Shown: positions 1 through 8,187 of the stretch, piece by piece | Numbering within the stretch: the first letter of the stretch is position 1 | Layout: each line of letters begins with the position of its first letter | The notes under the pieces: generated by a model | What the model was told of the DNA's origin: nothing | What the model saw: only the letters and a program-made list of their open reading frames with translations | The model's database searches: none | Program-made: the position numbers and the translations under genes | IMG/VR virus record: IMGVR_UViG_3300027833_001621 | Coordinates: 1-54,115 of that record | Source: a virus | Taxonomy: Duplodnaviria; Caudoviricetes | DNA length: 54,115 bases | Reading direction: 5' to 3' (one strand)

Positions 1-146
1 TTTCGACTGCCAACATGCAATCTATATCAACTAGTGAGCCCAATTTGTTTGGTGGCTTCCACACTCTGGTGTGTCAATCAATATGTACGTGTGCTTCTAT
101 ACGAGAGCTTTTTCCACAGCGGTATTTTTAATCTGGCCCGCCAACC

Positions 147-596
147 TTAGGTGTTGGAATGTTTTGCCTTGATATGATGTTCTAGCAATGCCTGTTTGAG
201 TTTGTCTGACCCGCCTACTCTAACATTAATGATACCGTTGTAGTAATCATCTGTTTCAAGTACTCGCCTGTCAAACTGCTCTCGTGCCTCTATGTAGGAC
301 ATTTCGCCCCTACCTTTACATAGGTATAGTATTTCTCTTGTGAAGTGTTTTTCGCCTAGTGCCTGTACGTCTGCGTTTAGTCTGTCTGAACTACCATAAT
401 AAGTTTTCCAGTCTGACTCTTTATAGCCTCGTCTTTTATTTTTTCTGCCTTTAAGTGGTGGCTTAGTGGTTTTAAATTTTGCTAGTTTTTTGCCTACGTA
501 CTTTTGTCCAGTTTTCTTATTTGTGATTAGGTAAACAAAGCCTTCATACTCATCTGGAATACTATCTACTTTTTTACCTTTATAAGTCCACTGCAT
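147..596 (-). CDS. GIY-YIG family endonuclease (Seg-like, free-standing)
   Basis: 149 aa. GFVYLITN...KYVGKK is the GIY-YIG motif, followed by YYGSS, a conserved Glu in SYIEARE and YYN, as in T4-like phage Seg-type nucleases. Confidence 0.8.
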   Translation of the reverse strand: MQWTYKGKKVDSIPDEYEGFVYLITNKKTGQKYVGKKLAKFKTTKPPLKGRKNKRRGYKESDWKTYYGSSDRLNADVQALGEKHFTREILYLCKGRGEMSYIEAREQFDRRVLETDDYYNGIINVRVGGSDKLKQALLEHHIKAKHSNT

Positions 597-600
597 GAAG

Positions 601-607
601 TACTTAT
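601..607 (-). promoter_or_regulatory. Putative late promoter variant ATAAGTA, 4 nt upstream of the GIY-YIG ATG
   Basis: Minus strand reads ATAAGTA-cttc-ATG(596). One mismatch to the ATAAATA motif upstream of the structural genes; no Shine-Dalgarno present. Confidence 0.4.
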
Positions 608-816
608 TGTTTGCCTTGTTTTTCTGCCTGCTTCTTGGCTTGATACGTTTCGTGTATCTCGTCCATTCTTAATTTAGATAACTTTCTTATTTTTCGTAAC
701 CAGCTGCGACTTGACATATGTGTACGATGAGATTTACGTTTCTCAAATGCTTCGTTTGCCTTAAAATATTCTAAGTATGCCTTAGTCAATTGATCATGAA
801 TATCGTCTTCAATCAT
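604..816 (-). CDS. Small basic helical hypothetical phage protein
   Basis: 70 aa. Start overlaps the hemC stop by 8 nt. Lys/Arg-rich, no recognisable motif. Confidence 0.7.
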   Translation of the reverse strand: MIEDDIHDQLTKAYLEYFKANEAFEKRKSHRTHMSSRSWLRKIRKLSKLRMDEIHETYQAKKQAEKQGKQ

Positions 817-1552
817 AATATACAGCCTCTAACTTTATAGGATTGTCGCCACTTGCATAACCTGCAACTTTTGTAGTACAATCTCCGCCTATGCCTTTTA
901 ATAATGCTCTTTCTAATTTTGCTTGCCTGTATGTTAGATCGTGATTTATTTCTTTGATTATATCACTGGACATAAGTCCTTTAACAGTTTGCAATGCAAT
1001 TATACCTTGTCCTACAGCTGGCACAATCGACAATCTAGTATATTCTCTATCAATGCCAAGTGCTTGAAGTCCAGCTTCTGCTAGTATTATAGCATCATAA
1101 TCGCCGTTGTCAAGTTTTTCTAGTCTAGTATCTATATTTCCTCTAATAGGTTTAATAACAACATTTAGATTAGAATATAATTCTTCTAGCTGTGCTTTGC
1201 GTCTTGGGCTACTAGTGCCTAACACACAGCCGTCAAACACATTACCTAATAATACATCGTGTGGGCTGTTACGTTCTAGTACCGCACTAATTTCTAATAG
1301 CGGGTGTTCAACATCGCCCGGCATATCTTTTAAACTATGTACAGCAACGTCAATAGTACCATTTAATAATTCTTGCTCTAGTGCATTACAAAATACACCT
1401 TTGCCTCCTATTTCATGTATAGGCACATCAGGATTTAAATCTCCTGCACTTTTAATAACAACTATTTCTGTATCACAAGAAAGTTCATTGCATACTCGTT
1501 CTGCATATGCTAATGCAAGTTTACTTCCTCTTACGCCTACACGAACAATCAT
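809..1552 (-). CDS. hemC: Hydroxymethylbilane synthase (porphobilinogen deaminase), C-terminally short
   Basis: Motifs RGSKLA, GGKGVF, AVHSLKDMP (catalytic Asp), GTSSPRR, IRGNIDTRL, PAVGQG and cofactor Cys in GGDC. ATG at 1552 overlaps the hemF TGA (ATGA), so it is preferred over the track start at 1558. Confidence 0.93.
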   Translation of the reverse strand: MIVRVGVRGSKLALAYAERVCNELSCDTEIVVIKSAGDLNPDVPIHEIGGKGVFCNALEQELLNGTIDVAVHSLKDMPGDVEHPLLEISAVLERNSPHDVLLGNVFDGCVLGTSSPRRKAQLEELYSNLNVVIKPIRGNIDTRLEKLDNGDYDAIILAEAGLQALGIDREYTRLSIVPAVGQGIIALQTVKGLMSSDIIKEINHDLTYRQAKLERALLKGIGGDCTTKVAGYASGDNPIKLEAVYYD

Positions 1553-2334
1553 GACCACCTCACAGTTGGAGGTAAACTCATTAGTATAGCATCCATGTTG
1601 CCTCCGGTCTTAAAACCAAAGCGTGTTCCGCGATCATAAAGTAAATTAAACTCTACATAGCGTCCACGTTTAATTTGTAAAGTATCTCTTTCAGATTGTG
1701 TATAATCTTTATCTAATGTAGGAGTAACAATGCTTTTAATTAAATCATTAAATGTTTTACCTACATCTTTTACAAAGTCAAAGTTCATTTCTTTAGGATC
1801 ATAATATTCAAAAAATATTCCACCAACACCTCTAGTTTCTTCTCGGTGTGGCAAATAAAAATACTCGTCACATGCTTTACTAAACTTAGAATAGTAGTCG
1901 GGATTGTAGTAGTCGCATATGTTTTTTAATTTTTTATGATAAGAATCTTTATCAAACGGCATACACGGTGTAATATCCATCCCACCACCAAACCATTCCT
2001 TGGTACTTGTTTTCATATAACGAGTATTAAAATGCATTGCCGGTGCGTGTGGGTTCCACGGATGTAGTACAACACTTATACCCGTTGCACTATATCCGTT
2101 GTGTTCTTCTGTTCCTGGTATCTCTTTAGCAAACTTAGGATCAAACTCACTAACAATTTTGCTAAAGTTAACAGTTCCTTTTTCGAATACATCACCGTAA
2201 ATAGTTCGGTGTTCTTGTATCCATCCAGGTTTATTTGATCCTGTATGACTTATCATATCGCAATCTAAATTTTCAATAGTTTCGCATATTTCATTTTGAA
2301 GGTTTTTAAACCATTGACTTGCTTCATCAAACAT
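1549..2334 (-). CDS. hemF: Oxygen-dependent coproporphyrinogen III oxidase
   Basis: Motifs VFEKGTVNFS, GISVVLHPWNPHAPAMHFNTR, WFGGGMD, CDEYFYLPHREETRGVGGIF, RGRYVEFNLLYDRGTRFG, ILMSLPP. Confidence 0.96.
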   Translation of the reverse strand: MFDEASQWFKNLQNEICETIENLDCDMISHTGSNKPGWIQEHRTIYGDVFEKGTVNFSKIVSEFDPKFAKEIPGTEEHNGYSATGISVVLHPWNPHAPAMHFNTRYMKTSTKEWFGGGMDITPCMPFDKDSYHKKLKNICDYYNPDYYSKFSKACDEYFYLPHREETRGVGGIFFEYYDPKEMNFDFVKDVGKTFNDLIKSIVTPTLDKDYTQSERDTLQIKRGRYVEFNLLYDRGTRFGFKTGGNMDAILMSLPPTVRWS

Positions 2335-3314
2335 TAATTAAATCGATTCCTAATTGTTTCAACAAAATGTGTTACATGTTCTGTTGGTGTAGTTTTTGTA
2401 ATGCCGTGTCCTAAGCCACACACCCAACCAGTAGTGTTAACACCTTCTAATGTTTCTAGCCATTTGTCAAGTTCGTACTCAAACAATTTACGTTCTAACA
2501 ACATGTGAGCTTCATTAAAATTACCTTGCACAAATCCATTAGTGTATGTGTTTAATGTTTTAGGTAAGTCAAGTGTACTATCAATGCCAATGCCTGACCA
2601 GTTCATCTTTTTTACTTTAGACAAACTATTAGTTGGAAGTCCTCGAGTATAGTATCCTACATTGCCAATATCTGTAATAGATTGTAACATTGGCAAGTAT
2701 ATGTTATCATGATAATTTTTACTAATGTTTTCTAAGCCGCTATCAAGTATCATAACAACTTCAGCCCCTGCTAATTTTTGTGCTCTAATACTATCTTTTA
2801 TTAGTGGAATTATTACTGTTCTAAGATATGTAGATTTAAAATCATTGCTTACTTTGTTAGGCCCAAGTGCATAGTTAAGTAAACTCCAAGGTCCGCCAAC
2901 AAATCCAATTAAACTTTTACTATGAGGAAGTGCTTCTCTTGTTGCTTCAACAGCATTGCTCTGAAAATTGATATGTTTGAGCGCACGACCAACATCGACA
3001 TACTGTTCCCAGTTTTCTTCGCTAAGGTGTGTTTCAAATTTAGGACCTGGGTCAAACTTTAATGGAAACCCTAATCCTTCTAAGTGCCATAGTATATCAC
3101 TAAACAATATAGCAATATCAAAATCAAATTGTTTAATAGGTAGCATAGCAACTTCGCTTGCTAGTTTTGGTAATTTACACATTTGTTCAAATGTAAATTT
3201 TTCTTTCATGTCCATATACCCTGATTGGTATCTGCCTGCTTGTCGCATCATCCAAATTGGCGGACATTTTTGTTCAACTCTATTTAAAGCGTTTTCAAAT
3301 TTTATGTTTGTCAT
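2334..3314 (-). CDS. hemE: Uroporphyrinogen decarboxylase
   Basis: Motifs PIWMMRQAGRY, AILFSDIL, LIGFVGGPWSLLNY, VQGN, GLGHGI. 326 aa. Confidence 0.95.
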   Translation of the reverse strand: MTNIKFENALNRVEQKCPPIWMMRQAGRYQSGYMDMKEKFTFEQMCKLPKLASEVAMLPIKQFDFDIAILFSDILWHLEGLGFPLKFDPGPKFETHLSEENWEQYVDVGRALKHINFQSNAVEATREALPHSKSLIGFVGGPWSLLNYALGPNKVSNDFKSTYLRTVIIPLIKDSIRAQKLAGAEVVMILDSGLENISKNYHDNIYLPMLQSITDIGNVGYYTRGLPTNSLSKVKKMNWSGIGIDSTLDLPKTLNTYTNGFVQGNFNEAHMLLERKLFEYELDKWLETLEGVNTTGWVCGLGHGITKTTPTEHVTHFVETIRNRFN

Positions 3315-5083
3315 TCTATAATATCGATATCATTCTCGTAACTTGTAAATCCATTTTCTTTGATAACTTTCATAACGTGATTAACACGCCCTACTAATTC
3401 ATCTTTGTGCGAGATAAGGTAAACATTCTTGTCGCCTTCTCTACCCATCTTTTTAAGAACACTTAGAGAATTTTCAACACCTGCGGTATCCATACCACTG
3501 TCAATAAGCTCGTCAATAAACATCAAGTTAATCTTTTGATATAAACTCTCCCATACATCTCTAAATGCAAAGCTCATACCAAGTATAAGCCTGTTGCGCT
3601 CGCCTCTTGATAAGTTATCAAAATCTAAATCTTGACCAAGTTGCGTAATTTCAACAGCTAAATCATTTAAGAAAACAACTTGATGCGGTAATCCTAGTTT
3701 ATCTAAGTAATAAGTAAGTCTATTGTTTAGATACGCCAAGTTCTGATCAATGATCTTCTTTCTAATGAAGCTATCTTTATTAGTTAGCAATTTTAACAAG
3801 AAATCTTGATGTTCTTTAAATTCGGTTAAGGCATTTACAGGTGTCCAGTCAATTTCTTGTATTGCAGACTCTTGTAGTTCATCAATTTGTGACTGATAAG
3901 GATCAGTTTCGTCCTTCTTTGCTTCCCATGCTTGCTTCAGACTATCAACATTTTGTCTATGATCGTATGCTTCTTTAGCTGTTTCATAAAATGTAGTAGG
4001 CTTGCCATTGATGTCGCCTATTGTAGTTAGTGCATTTAATACTTCAGATCTCTTTGTATCAACCTCAGATGCATATGTTATTGCATCTTCTAATTCTTTG
4101 TCTTTACGACCTGCAATCTCTGCTTTTTTGTCTGCATGTAACTCTTGTCCGCATGTATAACACGTTGCATCATCAAGATCTAAGATGTCTTTTTGTGCTT
4201 TTTCTACAGACTTGGTAGCACGTAGTAGTGCTGGTTCTAATGTGCTTAATTCTTTTTTAAGAGCCAAAATAGCATTGTTATGTTCAGACCAATTTGACAA
4301 CTTTTCATGCAATTCAAGTTCATTTTCAATGTCTAAATGCTCTAATTCGGCGATTGCATCTTTTAACTTCATTGTATCAGTAGTGCGTTTAGATAGCCAT
4401 GCTTTTTGATTGCTTTGTAAACTACTAATAGTAGTTTCGATCTTACTATTTGCACTTTGAATAGCATTAATCTTTAATGTTTCTTCTGTAATAGAATCCT
4501 TAGTTTGTTTAGTTTGTTCTTTTAGTGCATCGGCCTTTTCGCTAAGGATAGTAATACCAAGTAACTGTTCGATAATAGCACGTTGATCGTTTTGCCGCAT
4601 ACTCAAGAACGGTTCTGTGTATGTGTTTAGTGCAACGATATGCTTGAACATGTCATGACTCATATCTAATAAGTCGTTAATGTATTCTTGTGTCTTACGA
4701 CTATCGCCTTGCGACTCGTCTGTCATCTCTTGTTCTTGATCGTTCACATAAAACTTTAATAAGTTAGGTCCGCGACCACGTTCAACTCTATAATCTACAT
4801 TATTCTTTTCAAAGTGTAATGTAACCAACATGCCTTTACTGTTAGTTTTATTAATTAAGTTGTTAGCTCTGATGTTTGTAAGAGCTTTGCCGTACAACGC
4901 ATACGATAGTGCATTAATAATAGTAGTCTTGCCTGTGCCGTTACGTGATCCGCTATCGTCCCCGCCTTGGTCTAAGTTTTCGCCGAGTACAAGTGTTAGT
5001 TGTTGCTGATTAAAGTCAACAGCTTGGGTTTGATTGCCCACACTCATAAAGTTTCGTACTGTGAGGTCTTTAATTTTTATCAT
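3311..5083 (-). CDS. gp46: Recombination endonuclease ATPase subunit (T4 gp46 / SbcC / Rad50-like)
   Basis: Walker A NGTGKTT, coiled coil with CYTC zinc hook, signature LSRGE, Walker B LMFIDE, H-loop ISHK. Confidence 0.93.
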   Translation of the reverse strand: MIKIKDLTVRNFMSVGNQTQAVDFNQQQLTLVLGENLDQGGDDSGSRNGTGKTTIINALSYALYGKALTNIRANNLINKTNSKGMLVTLHFEKNNVDYRVERGRGPNLLKFYVNDQEQEMTDESQGDSRKTQEYINDLLDMSHDMFKHIVALNTYTEPFLSMRQNDQRAIIEQLLGITILSEKADALKEQTKQTKDSITEETLKINAIQSANSKIETTISSLQSNQKAWLSKRTTDTMKLKDAIAELEHLDIENELELHEKLSNWSEHNNAILALKKELSTLEPALLRATKSVEKAQKDILDLDDATCYTCGQELHADKKAEIAGRKDKELEDAITYASEVDTKRSEVLNALTTIGDINGKPTTFYETAKEAYDHRQNVDSLKQAWEAKKDETDPYQSQIDELQESAIQEIDWTPVNALTEFKEHQDFLLKLLTNKDSFIRKKIIDQNLAYLNNRLTYYLDKLGLPHQVVFLNDLAVEITQLGQDLDFDNLSRGERNRLILGMSFAFRDVWESLYQKINLMFIDELIDSGMDTAGVENSLSVLKKMGREGDKNVYLISHKDELVGRVNHVMKVIKENGFTSYENDIDIIE

Positions 5084-6090
5084 AGTTCGTTGTAAATGTC
5101 CAATAGCATCTTCTTATTGAAGTTGTCTGAGTCGATTGCGGCAATTTCACCAGCAACAATTTGATCGACACTTTCAAATTGTTGAATATCTAGTTCTGTA
5201 CTAATTTCTTCTAATTGTTTTTGTGGAATTAAACTAATTTCACGACACTTGTATTGATTAATAAAAGTTTCTTTAATAAAACTTGCTTCTTCATAGCTAA
5301 TAGGTAAGTCTAAATTAACACGCAAGTACATATTAGGCTTAATAAACGAATCTGCTTCGTCTATTAGTCTACTAAGTTTAACTGTACGGTATTTAGGACA
5401 ATCTGGCCAGTCGAGGTACACAGGTTCTGCATTATTTTCTCTATCAAGTATCATCATACCACGTTCGTCATCCCATGCATCTGCATAGTTGTGCGGAAAT
5501 GCATTACCTAAGTAATGTACTACACCTTGTTGCTGACGTTTGTGGAAGTGTCCGCTAAAAACATAAGACTGATTAGCAAAGTCTTCTGCTCTAAGCTCTC
5601 CGTGATCAGGCATTTGCACCATAGCGTTCATATAGAAGCTAGGTAGTTCAAAGTGTCCAAACACATACTTGCTTTTTAGCTTGCGTAGTTTCTTCCACTC
5701 GTCTCCTACAAGCCAAGGTACAATAGTTACGTCTTCAATTGTAGTAATTTCGTCTACAAATGTAATACCTGGAATGTGTTTTGCAAATGCTGTACTATTA
5801 ACATCACGCTTGTCTTTGTAATACAAGTCATGGTTACCGTCAAAGAAGAAAAACTGCTCAAAAGCAGCCCCTAACTTTTCCATACTACGGATTGTTGCAT
5901 CCATAGTTGTAAGATTCAAACTGTTTCTGTTGTGATGCCAGTCTCCGCAGAAAATACCAGTTTCACAACCGGCAGCTTTTGCTTGATCTATGTACCAATC
6001 AATAAAGTCTTCACAGTCTTGATTGTGTACTTTACTATTGCCTTTTAGACCAAAGTGGATGTCAGTAAAGACAGCTGCTTTCTTAAACAA
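5080..6090 (-). CDS. gp47: Recombination endonuclease nuclease subunit (T4 gp47 / SbcD / Mre11-like)
   Basis: Metallophosphoesterase motifs DIH, GD, GNHD, GH, SGHFH. TTG start with GGAG upstream; adjacent to gp46. Confidence 0.93.
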   Translation of the reverse strand: MFKKAAVFTDIHFGLKGNSKVHNQDCEDFIDWYIDQAKAAGCETGIFCGDWHHNRNSLNLTTMDATIRSMEKLGAAFEQFFFFDGNHDLYYKDKRDVNSTAFAKHIPGITFVDEITTIEDVTIVPWLVGDEWKKLRKLKSKYVFGHFELPSFYMNAMVQMPDHGELRAEDFANQSYVFSGHFHKRQQQGVVHYLGNAFPHNYADAWDDERGMMILDRENNAEPVYLDWPDCPKYRTVKLSRLIDEADSFIKPNMYLRVNLDLPISYEEASFIKETFINQYKCREISLIPQKQLEEISTELDIQQFESVDQIVAGEIAAIDSDNFNKKMLLDIYNEL

Positions 6091-6118
6091 ATTCTAATCT
6101 CCATTATTATATACTTGT

Positions 6119-6147
6119 ATAATACACTTGATTCAACAAGATGTCAA
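6119..6147 (-). promoter_or_regulatory. Sigma70-type promoter for the gp47-gp46-hemE-hemF-hemC operon
   Basis: Minus strand TTGACA (6147-6142), 17 nt spacer, TATTAT (6124-6119). The -35 overlaps the stop codon of the late sigma gene. Confidence 0.75.
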
Positions 6148-6992
6148 GTAGTTTTGGCGTTTTTAACTTTTTCAGCAATATCATGCTCTCTTTTTTGAGC
6201 TGCTTCCCATTCTGCGTTATGTTGTCTAGTATAACTAGGATTCATATCGTTCATTTCAAGAATATCGTCTCTAATGTTTTGATTGCGCTTTTCTAAGTTA
6301 ATAACACGTACAAAACTATTAGTAACTGCCGCTGTATAATAAGCAAATGGATTGTTTGACTTTGATTCGTCAAACTGTAAGCCAATTTGTGCTAACTGTA
6401 GGATTGCTTGGCCGCGCATTTCATCATTGTAAGTGTATCCACGTACATTGCCTCTTGTTGCATACCTTTCGCACAGTTTAATCCACATCATAGCAAGTTT
6501 GTCAGTTGCTTTAGCATGTTTCATACTAAAGTTGCCGTTTTCCATACCACCTTGCCAGTGACTTTTACCAACACAATGTAATTCGCCTTCTTCGTCAAAC
6601 TTATAATGTTGAAACGGTGGAAAATTTAACTTCACTCTAGTATCTGCTACTGTTTTAGGATTCTTTTTGCGTCCTGGTTCTTCCGGAATGTGATCAAATG
6701 TCATAATACGAAAGATTATTTCTTCTTTTGTAATTTTTTTGTAGTCTACTTCGCATTGCGCCTGCTTAACCTTTTCGCCTGCCATCTTACGTTCAGCATA
6801 ATCAGCATCGCCTAGACGTTTTGCTTTGTTACGTTTAGCTTCTGCAATGGTTCTGATGTTAATTTTGTCAATATCGGGCAAAATAATATCAAATTGGTTA
6901 AAGTCGTTGTCTACAAAACTAGAAAACCTTGATTTTGATTTGTGTATCTCTTTTAAAAGATCTTTGTTGTTTAAGTAATTTACTTTTCTCAT
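6144..6992 (-). CDS. gp55: Late transcription sigma factor (T4 gp55-like), enlarged
   Basis: N-terminal NYLNNKDLL and core RGYTYNDEM...FDESKSNNPFAYYT...FVRVINLEKR match gp55. ATG at 6992 has GGAGA upstream; the track start at 7043 is the TTG of the -35 box. Confidence 0.85.
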   Translation of the reverse strand: MRKVNYLNNKDLLKEIHKSKSRFSSFVDNDFNQFDIILPDIDKINIRTIAEAKRNKAKRLGDADYAERKMAGEKVKQAQCEVDYKKITKEEIIFRIMTFDHIPEEPGRKKNPKTVADTRVKLNFPPFQHYKFDEEGELHCVGKSHWQGGMENGNFSMKHAKATDKLAMMWIKLCERYATRGNVRGYTYNDEMRGQAILQLAQIGLQFDESKSNNPFAYYTAAVTNSFVRVINLEKRNQNIRDDILEMNDMNPSYTRQHNAEWEAAQKREHDIAEKVKNAKTT

Positions 6993-7014
6993 ATTTTCTC
7001 CAGTGATTATATAT

Positions 7015-7043
7015 ATTATAATATACTCTGTTAATAAAGTCAA
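7015..7043 (-). promoter_or_regulatory. Sigma70-type promoter for the late sigma gene
   Basis: Minus strand TTGACT (7043-7038), 17 nt spacer, TATAAT (7020-7015). Confidence 0.8.
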
Positions 7044-7044
7044 C

Positions 7045-7050
7045 TAAATA
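7045..7050 (+). promoter_or_regulatory. Putative late promoter TAAATA for the tail/baseplate operon
   Basis: TAAATA 19 nt before ATG 7070, with AGGAGA RBS in between. Core of the T4 late consensus TATAAATA. Confidence 0.6.
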
Positions 7051-7069
7051 ATGTATATAGGAGACACAA

Positions 7070-7879
7070 ATGGCAAACAACCCACAAAGTAGTATAGAAA
7101 ACTTAGGCGGTAGCGTAATCAGTGCCGCTGAAGGTGTAGTTGATACAATTATAACTAAACCTATACAAAGTGTAACTGACAGTATTTCTGATACTGGCTT
7201 TGGTAAAGCATTACGAGCAATTGGATTATTACCAGGTGCTGTTCCTACAGCAGGTGTTGGATTTACAGCTGCAAATTGGGGTTCTAAAACTGACCTTGAT
7301 TGGCGTGTTAGATTATCAGTTCCGTCAACATATAAAACAAGTCCAATTTTACAACCATTACTTGAAACTGATGGATTCATGTTTCCATATACTCCTCAGA
7401 TAATTATGGAACATAGTGCTAACTATAATTCACTACATCCTACACATAGTAATTATGCCTTTCCTGCTTACCAGAACAGCCAAGTGAACGCTATGACAAT
7501 CATTGGAGACTTTTTTGTTGAAAACGAAATGGAAGGTCGCTATTGGGTAGCAGCAACACATTATTTAAGGTCTATAACAAAAATGGCTTATGGTGCTAGT
7601 TCTAATGCAGGTTCTCCACCTCCAGTTGTTAAGTTAAATGGTTATGGAGATTATGTCTTTAAAGACGTACCAGTTGCGGTACAAATGTTTACAGTTGAAT
7701 TACCAAACGATGTTGATTATATTCAAGTTGGTATCGGAGAAAATGGTACTTGGGTACCTACACGTAGTTCTTTTTCAGTTGTTGTACAACCAATATACAG
7801 TAGAAAAAGCGTAACTGATTTTAGTTTAGATGCATTTGTAAATGGCGCATATGTAGTTGATAAAAAAGGATTTATTTAA
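7070..7879 (+). CDS. Putative baseplate tail-tube initiator/cap protein (gp48/gp54-like)
   Basis: First gene of the baseplate cluster. FPYTPQI and GSPPPVVKLNGYG motifs are typical of contractile-system tube-initiator proteins; precedes a LysM/gp53-like gene. Confidence 0.55.
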   Translation: MANNPQSSIENLGGSVISAAEGVVDTIITKPIQSVTDSISDTGFGKALRAIGLLPGAVPTAGVGFTAANWGSKTDLDWRVRLSVPSTYKTSPILQPLLETDGFMFPYTPQIIMEHSANYNSLHPTHSNYAFPAYQNSQVNAMTIIGDFFVENEMEGRYWVAATHYLRSITKMAYGASSNAGSPPPVVKLNGYGDYVFKDVPVAVQMFTVELPNDVDYIQVGIGENGTWVPTRSSFSVVVQPIYSRKSVTDFSLDAFVNGAYVVDKKGFI

Positions 7880-8181
7880 TGGCAACTTATACTTCAACTA
7901 GTCCTTGGCATACTACTCCAAAAACTGAAAATCGATATTTAGATATATTGAACATCAGACCAGTGCCATCTGCAGACGATGATATATTATACACAGTACA
8001 ACCGCAATATGCTTATAGACCAGACTTACTAGCCTATGACTTATACGGATCAAAAGATTTATGGTGGGTATTTGCACAAAGAAATATGGATCTTTTAAAA
8101 GATCCAATTAACGATTTATTGCCTGGTGTTAAAATTTATCTACCCAAAGGCCCAGACTTATCACAACTATTAGGAGTGTAA
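7879..8181 (+). CDS. gp53: Baseplate wedge protein, LysM-like (gp53-like)
   Basis: YTV...RPDLLAYDLYGSKDLWWVFAQRN...GVKIYLP is the gp53/LysM pattern. Confidence 0.8.
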   Translation: MATYTSTSPWHTTPKTENRYLDILNIRPVPSADDDILYTVQPQYAYRPDLLAYDLYGSKDLWWVFAQRNMDLLKDPINDLLPGVKIYLPKGPDLSQLLGV

Positions 8182-8187
8182 TGTAAT

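Noticed and set aside
1107-1589. 160-aa plus-strand ORF, and the other shadow ORFs antisense or out of frame to long genes
   Set aside because: They lie over well-supported genes and have no recognisable motifs; they are typical by-products of codon bias.
809-3314. Host chromosomal contamination or a prophage boundary as the source of the hem genes
   Set aside because: The genes overlap phage genes on both sides, share their AT-rich composition, and no other cellular housekeeping genes are present. Read-level confirmation is still advisable.
6993-7043. N-terminal extension of the late sigma factor given in the ORF track
   Set aside because: The TTG is the -35 box; the RBS and gp55 homology begin at ATG 6992.
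6919-7380. 153-aa minus-strand ORF spanning the divergent promoter region
   Set aside because: Overlaps two real genes and both promoters; no motif.
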